This document shows, one piece after another, positions 52,066 through 60,694 of a DNA stretch of 64,000 nt. The stretch spans positions 5,738-69,737 of the forward strand of contig JBHHXN010000009.1 of NCBI GenBank assembly GCA_046757025.1, in the 5' to 3' direction. This DNA comes from a bacterium (GTDB taxonomy: Bacteria > Zhuqueibacterota > Zhuqueibacteria > Oceanimicrobiales > Oceanimicrobiaceae). How positions within the stretch are numbered: the first letter of the stretch is position 1; every line of letters begins with the position of its first letter. The notes below the pieces were generated by a model that saw only the letters and a list, made by a program, of their open reading frames with translations, was not told the DNA's origin and did not search any database. The translations under genes and the position numbers were made by a program.

Positions 52066-52608
52066 ATGAGCGAGTTTTTTAGTCAGGTTATCAAAACTGT
52101 TTCCGATTTCGCCATTCCCCTGGTTTTGTTCTTGATCATCGGTTACGGTGTTATTAAAAAAGTAAAAATCTACGAAGCGTTTGTGGATGGTGCGAAAGGC
52201 GGATTTGAAGTGGCCATAAAAATTATTCCCTACCTGGTGGCCATTTTGGTCGCCATCGGTATGTTCCGCGCTTCGGGGGCCATGGATTTCTTCATCAAAA
52301 TTATCTCCCCCGCAACCAATTTAATTGGTATGCCGGCGGAAGCCCTGTCCGTGGCGTTCATGCGTCCGCTTTCTGGTAGCGGCTCTCTGGGACTGGTTAC
52401 GGAAATCATGAAAACACACGGACCGGAGTCCTTCTTGGGAAGGTTGGTTTCCACCATGTACGGCAGTACCGAAACCACTTTTTACGTACTGGCCGTCTAT
52501 TTTGGTTCGGTGGGAATCAAAAAAACCCGTCACGCTGTGCCTACCGGACTGCTGGCTGACGCGGCCGGCATGATCGGCGCACTGATCATTTGTAAACTGG
52601 TTTTCTAG
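52066..52608 (+). CDS. spmB: SpmB / nucleoside-recognition (Gate) membrane protein
   Basis: YEAFVDGAKGG, RPLSGSG, GSTETTFYVLAVYFGSV. Confidence 0.92.
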   Translation: MSEFFSQVIKTVSDFAIPLVLFLIIGYGVIKKVKIYEAFVDGAKGGFEVAIKIIPYLVAILVAIGMFRASGAMDFFIKIISPATNLIGMPAEALSVAFMRPLSGSGSLGLVTEIMKTHGPESFLGRLVSTMYGSTETTFYVLAVYFGSVGIKKTRHAVPTGLLADAAGMIGALIICKLVF

Positions 52609-53840
52609 TCCTCTTCCAGTAAGCGATTGACGATTTCGATCAGCGCTGGAATTTCCCACGGTTTGGGTAGATAGTAATCCAACGCAAACCCCTGCACGGG
52701 TTGGAGCTCTTGTGAGTGTTTGGTGTAGCCGCTCGTCAGAATGATTTTTTGATCGGGATTGATTTGTTTAATGCGGCGATACACTTCGTCGCCGGCCAGA
52801 CCGGGCAGAATCAGGTCCAGCAAAACGATCTGGATCTGGCGGAAGTGGCGTTCGTAAACTTCGATGGCCTGATCGCCGTTTTCGGCTAACAACACCCGAA
52901 ATCCTTTTCTTTGTAAAATTTCTTTGGCAATTCCTCGTAAATCTTCTTCATCGTCTACCACCAGAATCATTTGTCCTTCTGTAGAAGCGTCTTTTTGTTT
53001 ATTGAGAGGGGGTTTTTCTTGAAGAGGATTCGAATTTAAAGGCAGATAGATGCTCACGGTGGTACCTTGTCCAATAGCTGAATTCACTTTGATCACTCCT
53101 TGTAATTCGTCGATGATTTCTTTGGCGACGGTCAATCCAAATCCATTGGCCGAACCGGTTGGTTTGGTGCTGAAGAAGGGCTCAAAAATGTGAGGCAGAA
53201 ATTCGTCTTGAATGCCTGAGCCTGTATCGGTAATTTGAATTAAAATAGCATTCTGGGGTGTTTCGAAAACATGGGTCAGTTCAACATTGCAAATACAATC
53301 GGTGCTGATTTTGAGTGTACCGCCCCGGGGCATGGCTTCTTTCGCGTTCATGCAAATATTAAGCAGTACGTGGCAAAGGGATGGAAAATCCGCAAGAATG
53401 TTGGTGGCGCCGTGATTAAATTCTGTGGAAAGTTGAATGTTTGACGGAAAAAAGCAACCTAATATTGCTACCGTTTCTTCTACCAATTTACGCGGATCGA
53501 TGGGGATGAGCTGGTAGGAACATTTGTTGTTCGAATAAAGACTCAATCGAGAAATCAATTTCGAAGCTCTGCGGGCGGCAGTTTCAATGACGACGGCTTG
53601 TTGAACCAAATCCGATTCTTCCGGCAAACTGCTTTTTAACAGTTGGGCATATCCCAGCACGCCCCCAAGAATGTTGTTCAAAGTATGCGAGATGCCGCCT
53701 AACATGTTGCCCAGATTCGCCATGCGCTGGGAATGTAGAAATTTATTTTGGTTTGCTGGCTTTGATATTAGTTCCTTCTGAATCTGTTCCAGCAAAGCGG
53801 GGACAGGTCGGTTTTTTTTCATTTTTACAACGAAATCCAA
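52605..53840 (-). CDS. Hybrid histidine kinase/receiver (CckA-like) with no evident sensor domain; start uncertain
   Basis: H-box GISHTLNNIL, N-box NAKEAM, DTGSG, FEPFFSTK, receiver VVDDE...LLDL...PKP. Confidence 0.9.
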   Translation of the reverse strand: MDFVVKMKKNRPVPALLEQIQKELISKPANQNKFLHSQRMANLGNMLGGISHTLNNILGGVLGYAQLLKSSLPEESDLVQQAVVIETAARRASKLISRLSLYSNNKCSYQLIPIDPRKLVEETVAILGCFFPSNIQLSTEFNHGATNILADFPSLCHVLLNICMNAKEAMPRGGTLKISTDCICNVELTHVFETPQNAILIQITDTGSGIQDEFLPHIFEPFFSTKPTGSANGFGLTVAKEIIDELQGVIKVNSAIGQGTTVSIYLPLNSNPLQEKPPLNKQKDASTEGQMILVVDDEEDLRGIAKEILQRKGFRVLLAENGDQAIEVYERHFRQIQIVLLDLILPGLAGDEVYRRIKQINPDQKIILTSGYTKHSQELQPVQGFALDYYLPKPWEIPALIEIVNRLLEED

Positions 53841-54240
53841 AAAAGGGTACCCTGCTAATTTCTAATAAATAATTGAAAAAGCAAGTTTATATTACATTCT
53901 TACTTTTATTTAAAATTTTTGGCTATCTCGATGGCCGGTGATTGCAAATAATTAAATTGTTTCACAGAAATAAATTTTTTGAAGTCAAAAAAGTGTTTGA
54001 AAGGACTTCTGTAACATGAAATTACCGAGAGGTGTTCCGGCATTATCGCGTGGGTAAAAAGTCCGATGAAACCTCTGTCAAGCGTCCTTTTTGTACGATT
54101 CTAAATTAAGGTTGCGATCTCATTATTTGTGCTTGACGAAGTAATGTCCTAACTTGATTAAAATCAGGAGAGCGCTTCGTCGTCAGATTCCTCGCGATGA
54201 CGGCAAATGTCTTTGATCTGCATGGCGGAAAAATGTAAAA

Positions 54241-54843
54241 TCATCCATGCTTCTTGCTATCTAAAAATCGCACCAGCCCTGCGAGAAAGTGGTGGGTGAT
54301 TCTGGCCGTGAGGCCCCAAAGATTGATTTCGTTGGCGGTGTTTGGCGGTTGGTATTTAAAATTCAAATACATCAACTCCTGCGCGTTATCAAAGTCCAGG
54401 TCGGGTCGAAATTGATTCAATAAAATGTCCAAGGGTATTTCAATCACCTCGGCTACTTCCCTTTTGTTAATTTGATATTTGAATGGCTGTGCGCTCCAAA
54501 CTACGTGTGCGGCTGCATCGTATCTGGAAATGAGCGTTTCGAAAAACCCCATTTCACCCAAATAAGTGAATTGCGATTCGACGATGCCGATTTCTTCCCG
54601 GGTTTCACGCACGGCGGCAGCCCGACTGCTGACATCTTGCTGGTCGATTTTGCCGCCCGGGAAGGCCATTTGACCGCTGTGCAACGTCATCTCCTGTGCG
54701 CGGCGAATGTAAATTAGATGTGTTCGGTCGGATTTATTCAAAATGATCACCAGTACTGCCGAAGGCACAAACCCTTTGAAAATTTCTTTGCGGCGGGGGA
54801 TATATTTTAGAATTTGTTGGATATCTTCAGGAGTCAGAATCAT
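54241..54843 (-). CDS. Nudix CoA pyrophosphatase
   Basis: SAVL, HSGQMAFPGG, AAVRETREEIG, WGLTA. Confidence 0.92.
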   Translation of the reverse strand: MILTPEDIQQILKYIPRRKEIFKGFVPSAVLVIILNKSDRTHLIYIRRAQEMTLHSGQMAFPGGKIDQQDVSSRAAAVRETREEIGIVESQFTYLGEMGFFETLISRYDAAAHVVWSAQPFKYQINKREVAEVIEIPLDILLNQFRPDLDFDNAQELMYLNFKYQPPNTANEINLWGLTARITHHFLAGLVRFLDSKKHG

Positions 54844-55062
54844 AAAATTTGGTTCACTTTTATCGAAGAATAAAGTTTAAACGAAAAATGACAACGGTCT
54901 TTATAATCGCTCAGCTCCTCAAATGCCCCCACTCATAGACTTCTGGAATTAACTGCGTTGCCTGTAAAATCACTAGATAAGAATTTTATGTTTAATATGT
55001 GGCATTAATTTAATGTAACATCCTTTAAGGCTCTTGCATTTCTTTAAATATTAAATAAATGT

Positions 55063-55329
55063 GGTTCTTCTCCCAAGTCTGGTAAAGTGTACTACATGTA
55101 GTATGCTAAGGAACTATGGTAATTAGGTCTTGATTCTTCCTCCTTCTTCTGTGTTGGCGAACAGCATGCGAAGTGAGGAACAAAATCAAGGCCGAGCGTT
55201 TCTGAGCGAGCCGAAGGGTAGCCTTTATTTTGTCCGCAACGGAGCATATCTTATAGCAACACAAGAGAAGGAGTTTCATTATGTCAAACACTATATATTG
55301 GGGTTCCCGCCAGTCTTGGGAGAAGAACC
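55063..55329. mobile_element. 267-bp non-autonomous inverted-repeat element (MITE-like, or an invertible segment)
   Basis: 20-bp TIR ggttcttctcccaagtctgg / ccagtcttgggagaagaacc with 1 mismatch; flanking 9-mers aataaatgt / aataaattt; no transposase. Confidence 0.7.
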
Positions 55330-55378
55330 AATAAATTTAATGTAATTTGAAACTAAAAACAATTTTAAGGAGACGAAA

Positions 55379-56216
55379 ATGGATTTTTTCTTTAAGGACA
55401 AATGTCTGGTCATTTTAATGTGTTTGTATCTGGCCATCTATCCGGCCTGCAGCGACAGTGTCGGGCCTAACGATTCTAGCCAACAGGCGCCGGAAATTCC
55501 ACCGCAAGGAACCATGCTCATCGATTTATCTTTTTTTTAATTCTTCAAACAGCGAGCAACTCAAGTCCAACGATTACCTGATAAACACCAAAACGAACTT
55601 TTTAACGGCGGTGGCAGTGGTTTCCTTTTTTAACTTGGCGGTGTTGGCCGGCATTTCGGCGCCAGCCGCGGCAACGGCCGCCGCGTTAAGCACGGACCCA
55701 ACCTTTGAAAGCGATGGTAAATTTCACTGGAATTTTACTTATTCCGAAGGGATCTTCAACTTTTCACTGGAATTAACTGCGAAAGTCAATGCAACCGCCG
55801 TTGCATGGGAGATGTTTGTGAGCGGTCAATTCCAGACACAACTGGATCACGTGCTCTGGTACGATGGCGAAAGCCAGCTCGACCGCAGCTCCGGGTTCTG
55901 GCAATTTTACAATCTCAGTAAGCCCACTACCAATCATGAAACCGTCAAAATCGATTGGAACTACGCGGCAGATGATGATCGCACTTTGACTTTTACCGAT
56001 AACAATTCTGAAAGCCTGGGCATGGGAAATTGTTTGCGTTACCAGGTCGCTGGCGATGACGTCAGCATGGTGTTTTTCGATGTTATGTCTTCAGACTCTA
56101 CCCAGGTGGTGGTCAACTCTGCCACCGGCGCCGGCTATATCATCAAACCGAATTACAACAACGGTGAAAAGGCGTGCTGGGACGAGACTCAGGAAGATAT
56201 TCCGTGCGCAAATTGA
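55379..56216 (+). pseudogene. Lipoprotein gene frameshifted at a T8 tract (55531-55538)
   Basis: AAGGAG SD and ATG 55379 give MDFFFKDKCLVILMCLYLAIYPAC-SDSVGPNDSSQQAPEIPPQGTMLIDLSFF*; removing one T joins the 55458..56216 frame (FNSSNSEQ...KACWDETQEDIPCAN). Confidence 0.8.
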
Positions 56217-56305
56217 GCCATGTGATTGACTTAATTTCGCCGGAGCCGGAGGAAAGATTTTAATCAGCTACAAAATCGTAGCAATTTAAATCGCAAAAAA
56301 AATTT

Positions 56306-56338
56306 AAAACGGGAAGATTCTGCCTTCCCGTTTTTTTT
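56306..56338 (+). terminator. Intrinsic terminator after the lipoprotein gene
   Basis: aaaacgggaag...cttcccgtttt plus T-run. Confidence 0.75.
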
Positions 56339-56474
56339 GTTCGTCCTGTTTTCAAAAATAAATTTAGTTCCGCCAAAGCGTTATCGAAATGCGAACGTTT
56401 CTTTCGCCGACCATGTAATCTTTCGGCTAAAATCATCTTGCTTAAATAAATAATTATTTTAGATTAAAATATTC

Positions 56475-57311
56475 ATGAGCAATTTTATTTTTGAATCTAT
56501 GAATATTCGTTGGAAATTAAATCAGCGGCAAAAGTTCCTGGTAATTGTTTTATGTTGGATTGCATTATTTAGCCCGTTTTCCTGCTCGCAAAAGAAAACC
56601 CATTCTGACGAATCGTCACCATTGCAAGTATTTGCGGCCGCCAGTTTGACCAGTGTGATGCCGCAAATTCAGCCGGCGTTTCAACTCCACTTTCCCGAAG
56701 CCAGAATAGATTTCAATTTTGCGGCTTCTTCGATTTTAGCCAGGCAAATCGAGTATGGCGCCCGGGCAGATATTTTTATCTCTGCCAATCCGCAATGGAG
56801 CGATTGGCTGCAAAAGCAACAGTTACTCACTCATCCTCACAAAAAAGAATTCTTGAGCAATTCACTGGTTATTATCGTACCGCTTCAAAACCGAGCTCAA
56901 ATTACATCTGTAAATCAATTAACGAAGCCCCAGGTCAAAAGAATCGCCCTGGCCGATTGGGCGCATGTGCCCGCCGGCATTTATGCGAAAACGGCGCTTG
57001 AAAAATATCACATCTGGAAACAAATTGCACCTAAATGCCTGCCAGCGCTGGACGTCAGAGCAGCCCTGGCTTATGTGGAAAGGGGCGACGTGGACTGTGG
57101 GATAGTTTATCGCACCGATGCCAGCATCAGCGTAAAAATTCAAATTGTCAGCGAGCTGCCTGATGAAATACAGCCTGAAATTCACTACACAACCGGCCTG
57201 GTGACAAGTTCACGGCATCCGCTTGCTCGGCCTTTTCTGGATTTTTTTTATTCAAATATTGCGAAAGACATTTTTCTGGAAAACGGATTCAAAATGGTGA
57301 ACCATGAATGA
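56475..57311 (+). CDS. modA: Molybdate ABC transporter substrate-binding protein (start uncertain)
   Basis: VFAAASL, ASSILARQIE.GA.ADIFISAN, VPAGIYA, DVRAALAYVERG, IVYRTDA. Confidence 0.93.
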   Translation: MSNFIFESMNIRWKLNQRQKFLVIVLCWIALFSPFSCSQKKTHSDESSPLQVFAAASLTSVMPQIQPAFQLHFPEARIDFNFAASSILARQIEYGARADIFISANPQWSDWLQKQQLLTHPHKKEFLSNSLVIIVPLQNRAQITSVNQLTKPQVKRIALADWAHVPAGIYAKTALEKYHIWKQIAPKCLPALDVRAALAYVERGDVDCGIVYRTDASISVKIQIVSELPDEIQPEIHYTTGLVTSSRHPLARPFLDFFYSNIAKDIFLENGFKMVNHE

Positions 57312-57984
57312 CCAATTTCAAATTATCTTTCTTTCTTTGAAAGTGGCGGTGGTGGCCACGGCGATCATTTTAGCTCCGGGCACGTATATTGGCTGGCTGT
57401 TTGCGAGAAAAAATTTTATTGGCAAATCCTTTTTAGATGGAATCGTAAACGTACCATTGGTGCTGCCGCCAGTGGTGACCGGCTATTTTCTACTGGTCAT
57501 TTTGGGGCCAGGCGGATTCGTCGGAAGATGGCTTGACGACTGGTTCAATTTCAACATCGCCTTCACCTGGAAAGCGGCGGTGGCGGCTTCGGCGGTGGTC
57601 AGCTTTCCGTTGCTGGTGCGAGCCGTGCGCGTGGCCATTGAATCGGTTGACAATAAGTTGGAAGAGGCTGCCAGAATGCTGCGCGCTAGTGAATGGAACA
57701 TTTTCTGGAGAATTACTTTGCCATTATCCGCCAATGGAATTATCGCTGGCGCGATTCTCGCATTTGCCAGAGGTCTGGGGGAATTTGGCGCCACGATTAT
57801 TGTTGCCAGCAACATTCCAGGCAAAACGCAGACCATCCCTCTGGCGATTTTCACTTTGTTAAATCAACCAGATGGGGAAGCCAAAGCGCGCATGTTGATC
57901 ATCATTTCCATTGTTTTTTCTTACTTGAGTATTCTGGTGAATGAGCTGTTTTTGCGACGATTTAAAAACAGAATGTCTGTTTGA
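57304..57984 (+). CDS. modB: Molybdate ABC transporter permease
   Basis: PLVLPPVVTGY, FARGLGEFGAT, NIPGKTQTIPLAI. Confidence 0.95.
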   Translation: MNDQFQIIFLSLKVAVVATAIILAPGTYIGWLFARKNFIGKSFLDGIVNVPLVLPPVVTGYFLLVILGPGGFVGRWLDDWFNFNIAFTWKAAVAASAVVSFPLLVRAVRVAIESVDNKLEEAARMLRASEWNIFWRITLPLSANGIIAGAILAFARGLGEFGATIIVASNIPGKTQTIPLAIFTLLNQPDGEAKARMLIIISIVFSYLSILVNELFLRRFKNRMSV

Positions 57985-58054
57985 AAATTGGCGACAAAAC
58001 TGCCCAAACCAAAGTGAATGATGCGGTGAAACGCAAAAACCGAGTTAACAATTC

Positions 58055-59131
58055 ATGCTTAAAATATCTGTTTCAACAAAATTATTAAATTTTGATTACG
58101 AGTTAAATATCGAGATCAAACCGGCATTCTCCGCGCTCTTCGGGGCGTCGGGTTCGGGCAAAACGACCACGCTTAATCTTATCGCCGGCCTTTCGAAACC
58201 AGCCAAAGGCGAGATTGTCCTGGGAGTTAAAACTCTGTATTCAGACAAACAGAAGATCCATATTTCTCCACAAAACAGAAATATTGGCTACATTTTTCAG
58301 GAGAGCCGGTTATTCCCGCATCTGAATGTGAAACAGAATTTGGAATTTGGCTGGCGGAGGTTGCCCCCCGCCAGGCGTAAATTTGAATTACCCTTGATCA
58401 TCAAAATGGCTGGTGTGCAGCATTTATTGACGCGTATGCCAACGGATCTGTCGGGTGGTGAAAAACAAAGAGTGGCTTTGGCGCGGGCGCTGTTAGCCTC
58501 GCCTGAATACTTGCTGATGGATGAGCCCCTGGCGGCGCTGGATTTGCCGGTGCGGTTGTCTTTTTTAAAATTTTTGAAAGATATTCACCAGCAGTTTGAT
58601 CTGCCCATAATTTACGTTTCGCATGATCTTTCCAACGTTTTGAACTTTGCCGATCAGGTAATTCTGCTGCAGGACGGCAAATGTGTGGGCTATGATTCGC
58701 CATATCAACTGCTGAACCGGATGACCGCGCCGCCGCTGATTTCCCGGGAAGACATCCCGAATATTTTTGAATGCACCGTGGTTTCGCAGGACGTTGCAAA
58801 AGGTCTGACCATCGTCAAATCGAATGGATTACAGTTTATTCTTCCGCATTTAAAGAACCAAGTCGGAGACAAGCTCCTGCTCAACATTCCCGCGTCTGAA
58901 ATCATCCTGGCGAACGCCAAACCCGAGGGTCTCAGCGCCAGCAATATTATATCGGGCAAAATAAGCCAGATTCATCGTTTAGGTGAACGCATTCTGATTG
59001 ATGTGGTCGCCGGCTTGAACTTCACCATTGAAATTGTGCCGGCCACGGTGGAAAGGATGAACTTGCAAGAAGGTTCGCCAATTTATCTGATTTTCAAAGC
59101 CAGCTCCTTTCGAAAGCTGGACGCGAGCTGA
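58055..59131 (+). CDS. modC: Molybdate ABC transporter ATPase
   Basis: GASGSGKTT, FQESRLFPHL, LSGGEKQRVALARAL, C-terminal TOBE domains. Confidence 0.95.
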   Translation: MLKISVSTKLLNFDYELNIEIKPAFSALFGASGSGKTTTLNLIAGLSKPAKGEIVLGVKTLYSDKQKIHISPQNRNIGYIFQESRLFPHLNVKQNLEFGWRRLPPARRKFELPLIIKMAGVQHLLTRMPTDLSGGEKQRVALARALLASPEYLLMDEPLAALDLPVRLSFLKFLKDIHQQFDLPIIYVSHDLSNVLNFADQVILLQDGKCVGYDSPYQLLNRMTAPPLISREDIPNIFECTVVSQDVAKGLTIVKSNGLQFILPHLKNQVGDKLLLNIPASEIILANAKPEGLSASNIISGKISQIHRLGERILIDVVAGLNFTIEIVPATVERMNLQEGSPIYLIFKASSFRKLDAS

Positions 59132-59260
59132 GTGAAAATTGAATTGTTTAATTTGCAGATGTTTTTTATATTCACACAATGCCATGATAGTAATTTTCTA
59201 TATTTGATCAACAGTTAAACAAGCGACTCTGCAGATCAAAAAAAACACGTCATTGACTTA

Positions 59261-59485
59261 ATGAATCTCCCGCAAATATTAGATCAGTTTAGAAACGATT
59301 CCCAATTCATGTCCAACGTCACTGCCTGGAAGGTGCTCCGGGCACAGGATGCGCAGTATGCTGACTTCCCTGCAAATTTACAGCCATCGCTAATTGAAGT
59401 GATTGTCCAGCATGGCATTAAACAGCTCTATACTCACCAGGCCGATGCCACTAAATGGCAAAATGTTGGCTATGGCCCGTCTTAA
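59261..59485 (+). pseudogene. Truncated diverged copy of the helicase N-terminus joined to a modC-like sequence
   Basis: First 63 aa align with the start of 60695..63001 (41/63 identical by manual count), then switch to modC-like VGYG. Confidence 0.85.
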
Positions 59486-59500
59486 TCGTTATTAGATAAA

Positions 59501-59902
59501 ATGTCATCTCCGCTCGTTGCCCAAGAAGACATTCCTAATATCCTGCAAGTAACTATTACCTCGCACCAGCCGGACAAGGGATTGACCATCGGCACAATTG
59601 ACAAAATAGATTTCATTTTACCCCATTTAAAGTGTTACATTGGCGAAAAGTTACTCCTAAACATGCCGGCCTCGGAAATTATTCTTTCCACTGCCGAACC
59701 GGAAAATCTCAGCGCCAGCAATATTTTCAAGGGCACCATCACAACCATAAATCAACTCGAGGAACGAATCTTTGTGGACGCGGACATCGGTATCTGCCTG
59801 ATCGTAGAAATTGTTCCTGCAACGGTAAAGAGATTAGCTTTGACAAAAGGTAAAGAAGTCTTTTTGATTATGAAAGCCAGTTCGTTTCGAAGGTTGGGTT
59901 AA
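59501..59902 (+). CDS. Stand-alone double-TOBE protein (diverged copy of the ModC C-terminus); possibly a pseudogene
   Basis: Colinear with ModC C-terminus: EDIPNI, KGLTI, FILPHLK, PASEIIL, LSASNI, EIVPATV, KASSFR. Confidence 0.75.
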   Translation: MSSPLVAQEDIPNILQVTITSHQPDKGLTIGTIDKIDFILPHLKCYIGEKLLLNMPASEIILSTAEPENLSASNIFKGTITTINQLEERIFVDADIGICLIVEIVPATVKRLALTKGKEVFLIMKASSFRRLG

Positions 59903-59921
59903 AATAAATTACAATATCTTC

Positions 59922-59950
59922 TTGACATTCTATAACCACTTGTCTATATT
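59922..59950 (+). promoter_or_regulatory. Promoter of the TA operon
   Basis: TTGACA-17 nt-TATATT, followed by repeated tcaatata (possible operator) and AGGAG SD. Confidence 0.65.
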
Positions 59951-59995
59951 TCAATATATATTATTGTCAATATAGTTATATATAGGAGTACATAA

Positions 59996-60277
59996 ATGAC
60001 GGCTGTGACTTCAAAAAAAATTATGTTAACAATTCCGACTGATCTATTAACTGAAGTTGAAACATTGGCGAGAAAGAATAATTCTAATCGAAGTGAACTA
60101 ATTCGTAAATCACTTAGAGCTTATTTAGATGGAATCAAAATGCACCAATTGCGAGAAAAGTTAAAAGAAGGATATATAGTGAATGCTGAGCGTGACACCA
60201 ATCTGTCTGAAGAATTTAGGTACGTGGATAATGAATTAGAGAGAAGATTAACTCAGCAGGAGGATGACCCAAATTGA
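59996..60277 (+). CDS. Ribbon-helix-helix (CopG-type) antitoxin, MazE/NdoAI-like
   Basis: KIMLTIPTDLLTEVE...NRSELIRKSL, LKEGY; overlaps the toxin start. Confidence 0.88.
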   Translation: MTAVTSKKIMLTIPTDLLTEVETLARKNNSNRSELIRKSLRAYLDGIKMHQLREKLKEGYIVNAERDTNLSEEFRYVDNELERRLTQQEDDPN

Positions 60278-60633
60278 CATTAATGGAATGCAGACGGGGT
60301 GAGGTTTATATAGCTGATTTAGATCCTGTCCTTGGCAGTGAACAAGGAGCCCGAAGGCCGGTTGTAATAATTCAGAATGATGTGGGTAACAAATATAGTC
60401 CTACTACTATAGTTGCAAGTGTAACTTCCCAGGTTTCTGATAAAGTATATCCTACTGAGGTCCGAGTAAAGTCAGGTATGGGTGGGCTAAATAAAAAATC
60501 CACCATTCTTTTAAATCAAATAAAAACCATTGACAAACGTAGATTGGAAAGGCGCTTAGGTCAATTCGATGATGAAGTTATACAAAAAGTTAATGAAGCC
60601 ATAATGATTAGTTTATCATTAATAGCAATTTAA
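60274..60633 (+). CDS. mazF: MazF/PemK family endoribonuclease toxin (NdoA-like)
   Basis: RRGEVYIADLDP..GSEQG.RRPVVIIQND.GN, QIKTIDKRRL. Confidence 0.95.
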   Translation: MTLMECRRGEVYIADLDPVLGSEQGARRPVVIIQNDVGNKYSPTTIVASVTSQVSDKVYPTEVRVKSGMGGLNKKSTILLNQIKTIDKRRLERRLGQFDDEVIQKVNEAIMISLSLIAI

Positions 60634-60694
60634 TTTGTGTGTTTGCCAGTATAGATTTAATAGTATTTTTTACAATTGTTAATCGTCATATCTA

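Noticed and set aside
54020-54085. gaggt...ccgatgaaacctc stem resembling SAM-I P2 or a fluoride riboswitch
   Set aside because: Core conserved nucleotides missing and it lies on the strand opposite both flanking genes
55063-55329. Retron msr-msd, SRP, 6S or IS110 bridge RNA interpretation of the IR-closed element
   Set aside because: No reverse transcriptase or recombinase nearby, no SRP or 6S signature, and no guide complementarity to the flanks found
55130-55345. 71-aa and 61-aa ORFs within the IR element
   Set aside because: Weak starts, no motifs, overlap strongly structured DNA
56340-56475. Moco riboswitch or ModE box upstream of modA
   Set aside because: Neither consensus is matched
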